Positions 30,924 to 41,486 of a DNA stretch of 64,000 nucleotides are shown piece by piece (the stretch's first letter is position 1; every line of letters starts with the position of its first letter). The notes beneath the pieces were generated by a model. The model did not search any database. It was given only the letters and a program-made list of their open reading frames with translations, and was not told the DNA's origin. The position numbers and the translations under genes are program-made. Where the stretch lies: contig CACBQF010000002.1 in the NCBI GenBank assembly GCA_902541315.1, positions 25,987 through 89,986 of the forward strand, read 5' to 3'. Origin of the DNA: an uncultured Pelagibacteraceae bacterium. GTDB taxonomy: Bacteria; Pseudomonadota; Alphaproteobacteria; Pelagibacterales; Pelagibacteraceae.

Positions 30924-31895
30924 ATGAAATCAATTAAAATAGAAAAATTTGGTGGACCTGAAGTTTTAACATTAAAAGATTCAGAAATTGGAAAACCAGG
31001 ACCAAAAGAAGTCTTGATTAAAAATTTATCTATTGGCTTAAATTATATAGATGTTTATCATAGAACTGGTCTTTATCCTATCCCATTACCAAGTGGTATA
31101 GGTCTAGAGTCTTGTGGAGTAGTTGAAGAAGTCGGTTCAGACATAAAATTTTTAAAAATTGGTGACAGGGTAACTCATGCATCAATGCCTATCGGTGCCT
31201 ATTCAGAAAAGCAAATAATGCCTGAGGAAAAATTAGTTATAGTTCCAGATGGAGTTTCTGACGAAGTGGCCTCATGCATAACATTGAAAGGAATTACAGC
31301 AGAGTATTTGATACATAGAGCATATCTTTTAAAAAAGGGTGATAAAGTTTTATATCATGCTGCAGCAGGAGGTCTTGGACAAATTTTATGTCAATGGGCA
31401 AATTCATTAGGTGCTGAGGTCATAGGAACTGTAGGTTCAAAAAGTAAAGAAGAAATTGCAAAGAAAAATGGCTGTCATCATGTAGTAAATTACTCCGAAA
31501 AAAATTTTGTTGAAGAAGTAGAAAAAATTGTTGGAAAAAACGGCATCGACGTTGTTTATGATGGTGTGGGTATTAAAACTTTCAAAGGTTCAATTGAAAC
31601 ATTAAAGATAAGAGGTATGATGGTAGCTTTTGGAAATGCATCAGGGTACGTTGATACAATCGATGTTAAAAAAGATATTAATGCCAAGGGACTTTTTTTT
31701 ACACGACCTTCAATTGCTCATTATACAGTCACAAGAGAAGAACTCGTTGAGTCTGCAAAAAAAGTATTTGGTGCTCTACTAACAAATAAATTCAAAGTTG
31801 AAGTTTCAAAAAAATATTCTCTAAAAGATGCCGCACAAGCTCATAAGGATTTAGAAGCAAGATTATTGATGGGTCCTGCAGTCATAATTCCCTAA
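30924..31895 (+). CDS. qor: NADPH:quinone oxidoreductase
   Basis: GGPEVL, NYID.Y.RTG.Y, HAAAGG.G, YDGVG and AH..LE motifs. Confidence 0.9.
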   Translation: MKSIKIEKFGGPEVLTLKDSEIGKPGPKEVLIKNLSIGLNYIDVYHRTGLYPIPLPSGIGLESCGVVEEVGSDIKFLKIGDRVTHASMPIGAYSEKQIMPEEKLVIVPDGVSDEVASCITLKGITAEYLIHRAYLLKKGDKVLYHAAAGGLGQILCQWANSLGAEVIGTVGSKSKEEIAKKNGCHHVVNYSEKNFVEEVEKIVGKNGIDVVYDGVGIKTFKGSIETLKIRGMMVAFGNASGYVDTIDVKKDINAKGLFFTRPSIAHYTVTREELVESAKKVFGALLTNKFKVEVSKKYSLKDAAQAHKDLEARLLMGPAVIIP

Positions 31896-32296
31896 TCTAC
31901 ATTAACATCCATATCAGACATATGAAGTTTTAGAGCATTCGTAGATATATGTATTTCTCTTATGAAAAATACTATTGATATTATCATTGACAAACAGCAT
32001 GATCCGAAAATAATTCTTGCCAGTAAAAGCTCGTCCATATAAAGCGCAAATACGGTCAACATATTAAATAAAAATCCAAATGCTGCAAATAAGATAGTCC
32101 ATCTCAAAAGTGTTATTCTATTGCTCAAATTAAGAAACTGCTTTTTCCATTCAGGTGGAATATGTTTTTCATAGACATGTTCATCATGTAACTTTCTAAT
32201 TAGATTACTTAAAGTATGAAATCTATTGCTGTAAACTCCCATCAATAAAGGAATAGCCGGAAACATTAGTGCTGTGACAGTGTAATCTATATTCAT
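31892..32296 (-). CDS. DUF2721-family membrane protein
   Basis: LMFPAI.LL...Y.NRF..L...IR.LH and EI.IS..AL motifs. Confidence 0.8.
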   Translation of the reverse strand: MNIDYTVTALMFPAIPLLMGVYSNRFHTLSNLIRKLHDEHVYEKHIPPEWKKQFLNLSNRITLLRWTILFAAFGFLFNMLTVFALYMDELLLARIIFGSCCLSMIISIVFFIREIHISTNALKLHMSDMDVNVD

Positions 32297-32347
32297 TCGA
32301 ATCAATTTGATTATCGATCTTGCCCCTGTTATTTACAAGTAAAATTT

Positions 32348-33214
32348 ATGAACCAACTAAATATTTTTATTCAAATTACCAGGCTTAAAAAACACATTGG
32401 TTATATGTTATTATTTTGGCCATGCGCATGGGGTCTATCTTTAGCTTATGATTTTAAACAAAGTTTAAATGATTATTTTTTTTACTTAACCCTGTTTTTT
32501 CTGGGATCTATTTTAATGAGATCAGCTGGGTGTATTGTTAATGATATACTTGATAGAGAATTTGATAAAAGAGTTGAAAGAACAAAAGATAGACCTTTAG
32601 CTTCAGGAAAAATATCTTGGAAATTAGCCTTAATCTATGCACTAATATTATGTTTAATTGCTTTTGTTGTTTTAATTAATTTTAATTTATTCACAATTAT
32701 TTTAGCTTTAGGCTCAATGCCTTTGGCATTTACTTATCCTTTAATGAAAAGATATACATATTGGCCTCAACTCTTTCTAGGGATTACTTTTAACTATGGC
32801 TTAATTCTTGGTTGGACGTCTTTTAGTGAACAAATAAGTTTAATTCCACTTTTATTCTATTTTGGAGCCATATTTTGGACACTCGGATACGACACTATAT
32901 ACGGATATCAGGATATTAAAGATGATGAAATAATAGGTTTAAAATCGACTTCAATTAAATTTAAAAAAAATTCAAAGTTATTTTTATTTATATGTTATTT
33001 AATTTTCATTCTATGCTTTTTTGTAGGAGGCTATCTTTCAAACTTTAATCTAATGTATTTCATATCATTAATCTTTCCAATCATTCATTTATTTGGATAT
33101 CAAATTAGATTATTTAAATCAGATAATCCAGAGGGATGTCTCACCATATTTAAAAGTAATAATTATTTTGGTCTAATTATTTTATTAACTATCTTAATAG
33201 GAAAATTATTTTGA
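32348..33214 (+). CDS. ubiA: 4-hydroxybenzoate polyprenyltransferase
   Basis: MRSAGCIVND..D...D..V.RT..RPLASG, YPLMKR and YDTIYGYQDIKDD motifs. Confidence 0.95.
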   Translation: MNQLNIFIQITRLKKHIGYMLLFWPCAWGLSLAYDFKQSLNDYFFYLTLFFLGSILMRSAGCIVNDILDREFDKRVERTKDRPLASGKISWKLALIYALILCLIAFVVLINFNLFTIILALGSMPLAFTYPLMKRYTYWPQLFLGITFNYGLILGWTSFSEQISLIPLLFYFGAIFWTLGYDTIYGYQDIKDDEIIGLKSTSIKFKKNSKLFLFICYLIFILCFFVGGYLSNFNLMYFISLIFPIIHLFGYQIRLFKSDNPEGCLTIFKSNNYFGLIILLTILIGKLF

Positions 33215-34953
33215 TGAAAAAAACAGAAATTTATAGAAGGCTTTATAAAGATTACTCAAGAAAATATCTTGATAAGATCATTTTATCTGCTTTTTTTTCA
33301 ATTATAGTTGCTGGTAGTACTTCTGCAATTGCTTGGCTATTAGATCCTGCAATTAAAAAATTGTTTATAGAGAAGGATCAATCTTTAATCTTTCTAATTC
33401 CTTTTATGATAATAATAGCTTTTTCTCTAAAGGGACTTTCTTTATATCTTGCAAAGGCTACAATGATCGGAGTTGGTGAAGAAGTTAAAAAAAAACTTCA
33501 GTCTGACATGACTAAATCACTAATTAAAGCAGATACACAAATGATAGATAAAAAGCACTCAGGAAGTTTCATATCAAATTTAACATATGACGTTACCCAT
33601 ATTACAAATTTACTTAGCCATGCGTTGCTTACTCTTTTCAAAGACTCCGTTACACTCGTTGGTTTATTATTTGTAATGTTTACTCAAAATTGGAAATTAG
33701 CTCTAATATCATTAATAATGATACCGCTAGCTGCTATTTCAGCAAAAACTTTAGGTAAAAGAGTAGGAAAAGTTACTACTCAAGCGCAAGAAAAATCAGG
33801 GTTTTTAACAACTTATCTGGTTGAACTATTTAAAAATCATAAACTAATAAAAATTTTTCAGAAAGAAAGTTATGAAAATTTGAGAGCAGATCGCTACCTT
33901 GAACAATTAAAAGATAAAAACAAAAAAATAGCAATTGTCTTTATAAGAATGTCTCCAATAATGGAAACGCTAACCGGTATAATGATTGCAATTTTAATTT
34001 TTTACTCTGGAAAACTCATGATGCAGAACGAGCTTGAGATAAACAATTTCTTCTCGTTTTTGGCAGCAATGATGTTGGCATATCAACCAGTCAGATCATT
34101 ATCAACCTTAAATATGGTATTAAATCAAGGGCTATCAGCAGCCTCAAGAATTTTACCAATAATTGATAATGAAAATAAAATTAAAGATATAGAAGAAGCT
34201 AAAAATTTAATTTTTAAAAATGCTGAAATAAATTTTAAGAATGTTAAATTTTCCTATAGTTCAAATAGTGAGGATAAAGTACTTAATGGAATTAATCTAA
34301 AGTTTTTAGGAGGGCAAATGACCTCTTTGGTAGGACACAGTGGGGCTGGAAAATCGACAATTTTAAACTTAATTCCAAGATTTTATGATATTAGCGATGG
34401 TGATATTACCATAGATGATCAGTCTATTTATAAAACAAAAATTGAATCTTTAAGAAATAATATTTCTTTAGTTAGTCAAGAGACAACTTTATTTGATGAT
34501 ACAATCAAGAATAACATAAAATATGCAAATGTTGATGCTACTGATGAGGAAATTTTAAAAGTAGCAAAACTTTCATATTGTGATGAATTCATTAATTTGT
34601 TGCCAAAAAAGTATGACACAATAATTGGTGAAAATGGAATTAGACTGTCTGGAGGTGAAAAACAGAGAATTTCAATCGCCAGAGCTATGATGAAAAAAAG
34701 CTCGATTATTCTTTTAGATGAAGCAACCTCATCTCTTGATAGTGAAATAGAGTCAAAAATCCAGGAAGCATTATCAATTTTAACTAAAAATAGAACTACT
34801 ATTGTAATCGCTCACCGTCTATCGACAATTTTAAATTCTAATAACATATTTGTAATAGATTCTGGAAATGTAGTAGCTAGTGGAAATCATGATGAACTAC
34901 TCCAAAATTCCAAACTTTATAAAAATTTTTACGAAAAACAACTTCAGAAGTGA
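33214..34953 (+). CDS. msbA: Lipid A-core flippase ABC transporter (MsbA-like)
   Basis: TM domain plus GHSGAGKST, LSGGEKQR and LDEATSSLD; upstream of waaA-lpxK. Confidence 0.85.
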   Translation: MKKTEIYRRLYKDYSRKYLDKIILSAFFSIIVAGSTSAIAWLLDPAIKKLFIEKDQSLIFLIPFMIIIAFSLKGLSLYLAKATMIGVGEEVKKKLQSDMTKSLIKADTQMIDKKHSGSFISNLTYDVTHITNLLSHALLTLFKDSVTLVGLLFVMFTQNWKLALISLIMIPLAAISAKTLGKRVGKVTTQAQEKSGFLTTYLVELFKNHKLIKIFQKESYENLRADRYLEQLKDKNKKIAIVFIRMSPIMETLTGIMIAILIFYSGKLMMQNELEINNFFSFLAAMMLAYQPVRSLSTLNMVLNQGLSAASRILPIIDNENKIKDIEEAKNLIFKNAEINFKNVKFSYSSNSEDKVLNGINLKFLGGQMTSLVGHSGAGKSTILNLIPRFYDISDGDITIDDQSIYKTKIESLRNNISLVSQETTLFDDTIKNNIKYANVDATDEEILKVAKLSYCDEFINLLPKKYDTIIGENGIRLSGGEKQRISIARAMMKKSSIILLDEATSSLDSEIESKIQEALSILTKNRTTIVIAHRLSTILNSNNIFVIDSGNVVASGNHDELLQNSKLYKNFYEKQLQK

Positions 34954-34955
34954 AT

Positions 34956-36197
34956 ATGTTTTTAATCTATCAACTCTTATTAACTTTAGTAATTCTTATA
35001 TCACCTTTTATAATTATAGTTAGAATTTTAAAAGGCAAAGAGGACATTAAAAGATTTAAAGAAAAATTTTGCTTATTCTCAAAAAAAAGACATCGAGGTA
35101 AAATCTTGTGGTTTCATGGATCTAGTGTTGGAGAAATAATGAGCGCAATACCTCTTATAAACAAATATGACAAAGTTAATTATTTTAGTCAAATTTTAGT
35201 CACTTCAAGTACTTTGAGTTCGTCAAAAATCCTACAAAAATACAAATTCAAAAAAGTTACACATCAATATTTTCCGATAGATCATATTTTTTTTTCAAAT
35301 TTTTTTATAAATTATTGGAAACCCAATATTTCAATTTTTTTAGAGTCTGAAATTTGGCCTAGTATGTATAGATCAATCAAATTGAAAAAAATTCCATTAA
35401 TTCTTCTTAATGCAAGAATAACAAATAAAACTTTTAAAAGATGGAATAAATTTAAAGAAAACTCTGCAAAAATTTTTTCAAAAATTGATATAGCTTTTGC
35501 TCAAAATAAAGAAACATCCCAATTTTTAAAAAAACTAGGTGTAAAAAAAATTAAATACATTGGAAATTTAAAATATTTCGAAGACAAAAAAATAAAAAAT
35601 GATGAAATTGAAGGTAAACTTCAATCCAAATTTGAGAAATATAAAATTTGTGTTGCCGCAAGTACTCATGATAATGAAGAATTTTTTGCAGCCAAGACTC
35701 ATATTTTGTTGAAAAAAAAAATTAATAAACTTATTACGGTAATAATACCAAGACATATTGATCGAGTTAACAAAATAAATAATCAATTAAAAAATCTTAA
35801 TCTAAAAACAGTCTATCATAGTTCAAAAATTAATAATTTAGACAATATAGATATCTATATTGTTGACACTTTTGGTGATTCAAAAAAATTTTATAGAATT
35901 GCAACAACAGTTTTCTTGGGGGGATCTATAGTCGAAAAAGGAGGCCAAAATCCTCTTGAACCTGCACGTTATGGAGCAAAAATACTTCATGGACCAAACG
36001 TTCACAATTTTAGGGAAGTTTATAATTTTCTTAGATTATTAAAAATTTCTAAGCAAATTAAAAGTTCATCTCAATTTGCTAAAGAGATTGTTTTTAAAAA
36101 AAAGATGAAAAATGTAAAAAAAATCAAAAAAGTAGGTGATCGTATTTTCAAAAATACTTTTGAAAATTTAAATATGATAATTAATCATGAAACTTAA
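34956..36197 (+). CDS. waaA: 3-deoxy-D-manno-octulosonate transferase
   Basis: WFHGSSVGE, ESEIWP, NARI, AASTH, PRH and GGQNPLEPA motifs. Confidence 0.94.
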   Translation: MFLIYQLLLTLVILISPFIIIVRILKGKEDIKRFKEKFCLFSKKRHRGKILWFHGSSVGEIMSAIPLINKYDKVNYFSQILVTSSTLSSSKILQKYKFKKVTHQYFPIDHIFFSNFFINYWKPNISIFLESEIWPSMYRSIKLKKIPLILLNARITNKTFKRWNKFKENSAKIFSKIDIAFAQNKETSQFLKKLGVKKIKYIGNLKYFEDKKIKNDEIEGKLQSKFEKYKICVAASTHDNEEFFAAKTHILLKKKINKLITVIIPRHIDRVNKINNQLKNLNLKTVYHSSKINNLDNIDIYIVDTFGDSKKFYRIATTVFLGGSIVEKGGQNPLEPARYGAKILHGPNVHNFREVYNFLRLLKISKQIKSSSQFAKEIVFKKKMKNVKKIKKVGDRIFKNTFENLNMIINHET

Positions 36198-37131
36198 AAA
36201 ACCTAAATTTTGGAATAAGGGAAAGTCAAGTATTCTGCCGTATATTCTCTTGCCTTTATCGATACTTTTACAAATTCTAAACTCAGCAAATAAGTTAATT
36301 TCTAAAAAAAAAAGTTATCAAAATATCAAAACTATATGCGTTGGTAACATATATGTTGGTGGAACTGGCAAAACCTCCTTGAGTATGAAATTGTATGAAA
36401 TATTTAGCAAAAAAAATATTAAAACTTGTTTTATAAAAAAGGATTATTCAAATCAAAAAGATGAACAAAAAATTTTAGAAAATAAAGGAAAACTATTTAA
36501 ATCGAAAAAAAGAGCACAATCTTTACAAGAAGCGATTTATAAAAATTATGAAATTGCGATTTTTGATGATGGTTTGCAAGATCATTCTATTAATTATGAT
36601 TTGACTTTTGTGTGTTTTAATAATTTAAACTGGATAGGTAATGGCTTTACAATCCCATCTGGACCATTAAGAGAAAGTTTCAAAACTATTAAGGATCATA
36701 AAAATATATTTGTCACTGGCAATTTAACTAATCTAGAAAGTATAAAAAAAGAGATTTTAAAAATAAATCCACAATCAAACATATTAACTGCGTTATATGT
36801 ACCTTTAAACTTGAATGAATTTGATAAGAAAGAAAAATATCTCGTATTTTCTGGAATTGGTAACCATGAGTCTTTTGTATCTATGCTAAAAAGTAATGGG
36901 TTAAATATAATTAAGGACTTAGAATTTCCTGATCATTATAATTACTCGGACCAAAAAATTTATGACATTACCTCTCAAGCAAAAAAATTAAATTGCAAAA
37001 TATTGACAACAGAGAAAGATTTTTTGAGACTCAAAGGTAATAATTCAAATGAAATTAAGTTTATAAAATCAGAATTAAAGATTAATAATGAAAATGACTT
37101 TTTAAATATTCTATCAGATTTACATGAATAA
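36187..37131 (+). CDS. lpxK: Tetraacyldisaccharide 4'-kinase
   Basis: VGNI.VGGTGKT, DDGLQD, PSGPLRE, FPDHY and TTEKD motifs. Confidence 0.94.
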   Translation: MKLKKPKFWNKGKSSILPYILLPLSILLQILNSANKLISKKKSYQNIKTICVGNIYVGGTGKTSLSMKLYEIFSKKNIKTCFIKKDYSNQKDEQKILENKGKLFKSKKRAQSLQEAIYKNYEIAIFDDGLQDHSINYDLTFVCFNNLNWIGNGFTIPSGPLRESFKTIKDHKNIFVTGNLTNLESIKKEILKINPQSNILTALYVPLNLNEFDKKEKYLVFSGIGNHESFVSMLKSNGLNIIKDLEFPDHYNYSDQKIYDITSQAKKLNCKILTTEKDFLRLKGNNSNEIKFIKSELKINNENDFLNILSDLHE

Positions 37132-37984
37132 GATTAAATATTTTTTTCAGTTTATATTTGTAATTGTGATGTTTCTGATATTTAAGATTTTAGGTATTAA
37201 GCTAGGATCTTTACTTGGAGGTAAACTTTTTCAAATTATTGGCCCAATATTTAGATCTAAAAAACTTATTTTTGAAAACATCAGAAGAGCTTTGCCAAAT
37301 ATAAGTAAAAATGAATTAATTAGTATTTATAACTCTATGTGGGAAAATTATGGAAGAGTTTTTGCAGAATATGTTTTCATGAAGAAATTTAGAAATGATC
37401 AATTGACTAAAAATATTTCTATTGAAGGAAAAGAAATATTGCAAGAAATAATAATTAAAAATCAAAAAGTAATATTTATATCTGGACACTTTAGTAACTT
37501 TGAATTGATGGCGATGCAGATAGAGAAGATGGGAGTGAAAGTTGCAGCGATTTACAGGCCTCTAAACAATTTATACTTAAATTCAATTATGGAAAAAATA
37601 AGAAAAAAATATATTTGTAAGCATCAAATTAAAAAGGGAGTTGGTGGACTAAAAGAATTAATAAAACTTAACAAAGAAGGTTTTTCAACTGCATTAATGA
37701 TTGATCAAAGAGTTAGTCAGGGTATTAAATCAAGTTTTTTTAATCAAGAAGCTTACACAACGACGATACCAGCTCAATTAGTCAAAAAATTCGGGATGTC
37801 GGTTGTACCAATTTTTATTGAAAGATTTGATGAAATAAAATTTAAAATGACAGTTTATAAACCTCTTAGTTTTGAAGAAAATGAGTCGATAGAAAACATT
37901 ACAAACAAACTAAATAGAATTCTCGAAAAAATGATATTAAAAAATCCAAATTATTGGATATGGTCACATAATCGTTGGAAATAA
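37124..37984 (+). CDS. Lipid A lauroyl/myristoyl acyltransferase (LpxL/HtrB family)
   Basis: H.SNFE acyltransferase motif, IYRPLNN, IDQ and W.W.H.RW. Confidence 0.9.
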   Translation: MNKIKYFFQFIFVIVMFLIFKILGIKLGSLLGGKLFQIIGPIFRSKKLIFENIRRALPNISKNELISIYNSMWENYGRVFAEYVFMKKFRNDQLTKNISIEGKEILQEIIIKNQKVIFISGHFSNFELMAMQIEKMGVKVAAIYRPLNNLYLNSIMEKIRKKYICKHQIKKGVGGLKELIKLNKEGFSTALMIDQRVSQGIKSSFFNQEAYTTTIPAQLVKKFGMSVVPIFIERFDEIKFKMTVYKPLSFEENESIENITNKLNRILEKMILKNPNYWIWSHNRWK

Positions 37985-37987
37985 AAA

Positions 37988-38185
37988 TTACTTTTTTTCG
38001 ATTTCCTCTCTTTTTTTAGATGCCTCAACATAAGAATAATATGGTTCTTGCAAGTCTACATTCCAATAATTTAAATTTTCCAAGCTGATTATTTTGCCAG
38101 AAACTGCACAAATTACATGATCACCAGGTTCGATAATTTGAAAATTGTTTGGCAAATATTTTATTTTTGCTAATTTTTTGCTCAT
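37988..38185 (-). CDS. DUF2093-family protein
   Basis: PGDHV.CAVSG..I.L..L.YW.V..QEPY motif. Confidence 0.85.
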   Translation of the reverse strand: MSKKLAKIKYLPNNFQIIEPGDHVICAVSGKIISLENLNYWNVDLQEPYYSYVEASKKREEIEKK

Positions 38186-38206
38186 TTTTAGTTTATATAT
38201 TTATAC

Positions 38207-39472
38207 ATGATTGTTGGTGTTATAGGAAGTGGAGGCAGAGAACATGCTATATGTGAAATACTTTTTCGATCAAATAAAATAAGTGAATTGTATTGTTTTC
38301 CTGGAAACGCTGGAACTGCTAAGATAGCGAAAAATGTTGATATTGGTACCGATAATTTTGAAAATTTAAAAAATTATATTTTAGAAAATAAAATTGAATT
38401 GATAATAATTGGTCCTGAAAAACCACTTGTAGATGGATTAGTGGATTATCTTGAAAAATTTAGAATTAAAGTTTTTGGACCGAATAAAATAGCTTCGCAG
38501 CTTGAAGGTTCTAAAATTTTTACAAAAAAAATTTGCAAAAAATATCAAATACCAACTGCTAACTTTGGGGTATTTAAAAACACCAATGATGCACATGAAT
38601 TTTTAAAAAATTCCAGTTATCCTATTGTTATAAAAGCTGATAATCTTGCCTCAGGTAAAGGGGTATATATTTGTGAAAATTTTGAGGAGTCCTACAGTGC
38701 TGTAAAAGAAATTTTTAATGGAAAATTTGGTAAAGCAAATGACATTCTGATTGAAGAGTTTCTGAATGGTGAAGAAATGAGTTTTTTCATTGTTAGCGAC
38801 GGAATCTCTATTCAAAATTTTGGGACTGCCCAAGATCATAAACGAGTTTTAGAGGGTGATAAAGGTAAAAATACTGGCGGTATGGGTGCTTACTCTCCCT
38901 CGAGATTAATAAATGATGAATTAGAAAAAAAAATATTAAATAAAATTATATTTCCTACGCTCAAAGCGTTAAAAGAGATTGGAACAGAATATAAAGGGTT
39001 TTTATATGCTGGATTAATGATTATTAAAAATGAACCTTATTTGATAGAATTTAACGTAAGAATGGGTGATCCAGAATGTCAAACAATTCTCCCTAAACTA
39101 AACTCAGACCTATTAGAGATATTCCTTGCTTGCTGTGATAAAAGCTTGAAAGAAACAAAAATTAAATGGAACAACAAAAAAAGTTTATGTGTTGTTCTCT
39201 GTTCAAAAGGTTACCCTGAAAAATACGAAAAAAATGTTGAAATTGAAAATTTAAATAAAATTAAATTAGATAATTCAAATTATATATTTCATGCTGGTAC
39301 CAAAGAGAAAGATAAAAAGATTTTTGCTATTGGAGGAAGAGTTTTAAATTTTGTTACATTGTCAGATAAATTTTCTAATGCTAGAGAAAATATAAATAAA
39401 CATCTAAGTGAATTAAGTTGGAATAAAGGTTTTTACCGTAAAGATATAGGCCATAAGGTAATTGATGAATGA
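38207..39472 (+). CDS. purD: Phosphoribosylamine-glycine ligase
   Basis: GSGGREHA, QLEGSK, QDHKR, NTGGMG and EFNVRMGDPE motifs. Confidence 0.97.
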   Translation: MIVGVIGSGGREHAICEILFRSNKISELYCFPGNAGTAKIAKNVDIGTDNFENLKNYILENKIELIIIGPEKPLVDGLVDYLEKFRIKVFGPNKIASQLEGSKIFTKKICKKYQIPTANFGVFKNTNDAHEFLKNSSYPIVIKADNLASGKGVYICENFEESYSAVKEIFNGKFGKANDILIEEFLNGEEMSFFIVSDGISIQNFGTAQDHKRVLEGDKGKNTGGMGAYSPSRLINDELEKKILNKIIFPTLKALKEIGTEYKGFLYAGLMIIKNEPYLIEFNVRMGDPECQTILPKLNSDLLEIFLACCDKSLKETKIKWNNKKSLCVVLCSKGYPEKYEKNVEIENLNKIKLDNSNYIFHAGTKEKDKKIFAIGGRVLNFVTLSDKFSNARENINKHLSELSWNKGFYRKDIGHKVIDE

Positions 39473-40026
39473 GAATCATCTCAGGATATTTTAAAGGTAA
39501 AAAAATACTAACACCAAAAGATATAAAGACTAGACCATTAAAGGATATGACAAAAGAATCAATGTTCAACGTCATCAAACATTCTAATAAATTTAATATT
39601 CAAATTAAAAACTCAACTGTTTTAGATTTATTCTCGGGAGTAGGATCTTTTGGAATAGAGTGCTTATCTAACGAAGCTAAATATGTAACTTTTGTGGAAA
39701 ATTATCAAGGAGTTTTACCTATACTGGAGCAAAACTTAGAAAACTTAAAATTGGAGGGTAGATTTGAGGTAATTAATCAAAATATTTTTTCAGACCTTAG
39801 TTTAAAAAAAAATAATTACGATATAATATTTTTAGATCCTCCTTATAAACAAGGAAATATCGACAAATTAATTGATAAAATTTTTCATAAAAAATTGCTT
39901 AAAAATAAAGGACTAATAATTCTTCACAGAAATAAAAAAAGTAAAGAAAATTACTCTAAATATCTCAAAGTGTTGGACGAAAAAAACTATGGAATTTCAA
40001 AAATTATGTTTGGAACCTTAAAGTAG
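39469..40026 (+). CDS. rsmD: 16S rRNA m2G966 methyltransferase
   Basis: MRIISG..KG, TRP, LDLFSG.GS.G.E and DPPY motifs. Confidence 0.94.
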   Translation: MRIISGYFKGKKILTPKDIKTRPLKDMTKESMFNVIKHSNKFNIQIKNSTVLDLFSGVGSFGIECLSNEAKYVTFVENYQGVLPILEQNLENLKLEGRFEVINQNIFSDLSLKKNNYDIIFLDPPYKQGNIDKLIDKIFHKKLLKNKGLIILHRNKKSKENYSKYLKVLDEKNYGISKIMFGTLK

Positions 40027-41172
40027 AATTTTTTTAGTTTCTTTTTTAATCAACTCTACAGCTGGTTGATCGTATGGATTTACTTTCATTGCGTGACCTA
40101 GCAAAATAGTTTCTAATACAAAAAAGTTAAATAACTCTCCAAGAGTTTTTTCGTCTTTTTTAAAAATTTCAAAACTTCTAAATGGTATTCCCTTTTTTCT
40201 AAAAATATTTTCAGTAGCCTGTTTTTGAGCATATGTTATATCCATCAGTCTTTTTTTTTTCAGAAATTTTTTTGAACTAAGAATATTCTTATCTATAATC
40301 TTTTGTGAACCTTTTTCATGAACAAAAAAAAATGTGAAGAAATTGTTTGTAAATCCATCTAAATAAAGCTGCATTACACTATGATTATCTTTTGGCATAC
40401 TAGAAACTATTGGTAGCAAACCTTTCTTTTTTTTACCTAAACTCTCTGCTATTAGTTGCTGGTACCAAAAAAATAAGTTTTCAGAACTTTTATCATAATT
40501 GATTATAATTGAATTATATTTTTTCTTTTTTATAAAAAAAATAATTGAACTAACATTAGAAATTAAAGCATTTAGGTATTTTTTATTTTTTACTAAATTA
40601 TTTAATTGTCTAAATTTTTTAGAGTCTAAACCCATAAGCTGGGCAGGTAACATTCCTGTTTCTGATAAAACTGAATATCTTCCACCAATAAAATTATTAT
40701 GGTGTATTACTTGAGCTTTTAATTTTTGTGCTAATTTATAAAGATAATTATCTTTGTTCTCTGTTATTATCAAATTCTCATCTTTTTTATTTATGATAAT
40801 ATTTGAGTTAACTATTGTTTCTAGGGTTTCACCTGATTTGGATACAACTAAATTTAAACAATTTTTATCTTTTTTATTTTCAGTAGTAAAATCCAAATCA
40901 TTTATAAAGGAAAAATTCTTTTTTATTTTTTTTCTTAAAAAATTGTAAATAGCTTCAGTTCCCAATGAAGACCCACCAATACCTATAACTCTAAAGTTTT
41001 TAAACTTTTTATACTTATTTAGTATTTTAATATTAAAACTATCTTTATAATTACTGCTTAAGGATTGAATAACTTGATTTTTTTTATTTAGAATTTGATT
41101 AAGTATTATGGTTATTTGTTTTGATTTCTTATTAATCAGAAAATTTTTAAAATTTATACCATTTGTAATCAT
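40018..41172 (-). CDS. pgi: Glucose-6-phosphate isomerase (compact form)
   Basis: GIGGSSLG, SKSG.T.ET, IGGRYSV, QLIAESLGK, DNHS and DQPAVE..K motifs. Confidence 0.9.
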   Translation of the reverse strand: MITNGINFKNFLINKKSKQITIILNQILNKKNQVIQSLSSNYKDSFNIKILNKYKKFKNFRVIGIGGSSLGTEAIYNFLRKKIKKNFSFINDLDFTTENKKDKNCLNLVVSKSGETLETIVNSNIIINKKDENLIITENKDNYLYKLAQKLKAQVIHHNNFIGGRYSVLSETGMLPAQLMGLDSKKFRQLNNLVKNKKYLNALISNVSSIIFFIKKKKYNSIIINYDKSSENLFFWYQQLIAESLGKKKKGLLPIVSSMPKDNHSVMQLYLDGFTNNFFTFFFVHEKGSQKIIDKNILSSKKFLKKKRLMDITYAQKQATENIFRKKGIPFRSFEIFKKDEKTLGELFNFFVLETILLGHAMKVNPYDQPAVELIKKETKKILL

Positions 41173-41486
41173 CAATTTTGTTTAATTTTTTCAATAATTG
41201 AATTTTCAAAATTCTCATTTTGAATCTCAGAGTTTTCTGGGGTATCATTATTTGAAATCAAATTTTCAATATTATTTTCAGTCTCATTTTCTTGAATATT
41301 TTCAGATGATTTAGGAACTGGTAGCTCATTAAATTCTGGTGGCATAACTAAGGGAGATTTCTTTTCCACCAAAAATTCATCTGTACTTTTTTTCTTTTGA
41401 GACGTGAAACCTTCTTTGACTGTTTGACAACTTTGAAAAGTAAAAAATACTATTGCAAAGAGTAAAATTGAGCTAATTTTTTTCAT
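41172..41486 (-). CDS. DUF3035-family lipoprotein
   Basis: Lipobox FQSC and DEF.V....PL.MPP...LP.P motif; downstream of lspA. Confidence 0.85.
   Translation of the reverse strand: MKKISSILLFAIVFFTFQSCQTVKEGFTSQKKKSTDEFLVEKKSPLVMPPEFNELPVPKSSENIQENETENNIENLISNNDTPENSEIQNENFENSIIEKIKQN

Noticed and set aside
32378-32401. UbiA RLKKHIG instead of the usual RLxKPIG
   Set aside because: A single substitution or sequencing variant; the catalytic Asp-rich motifs are intact.
40018-41172. Short PGI as a possible pseudogene
   Set aside because: All catalytic motifs are present in one frame, and compact PGIs are known.
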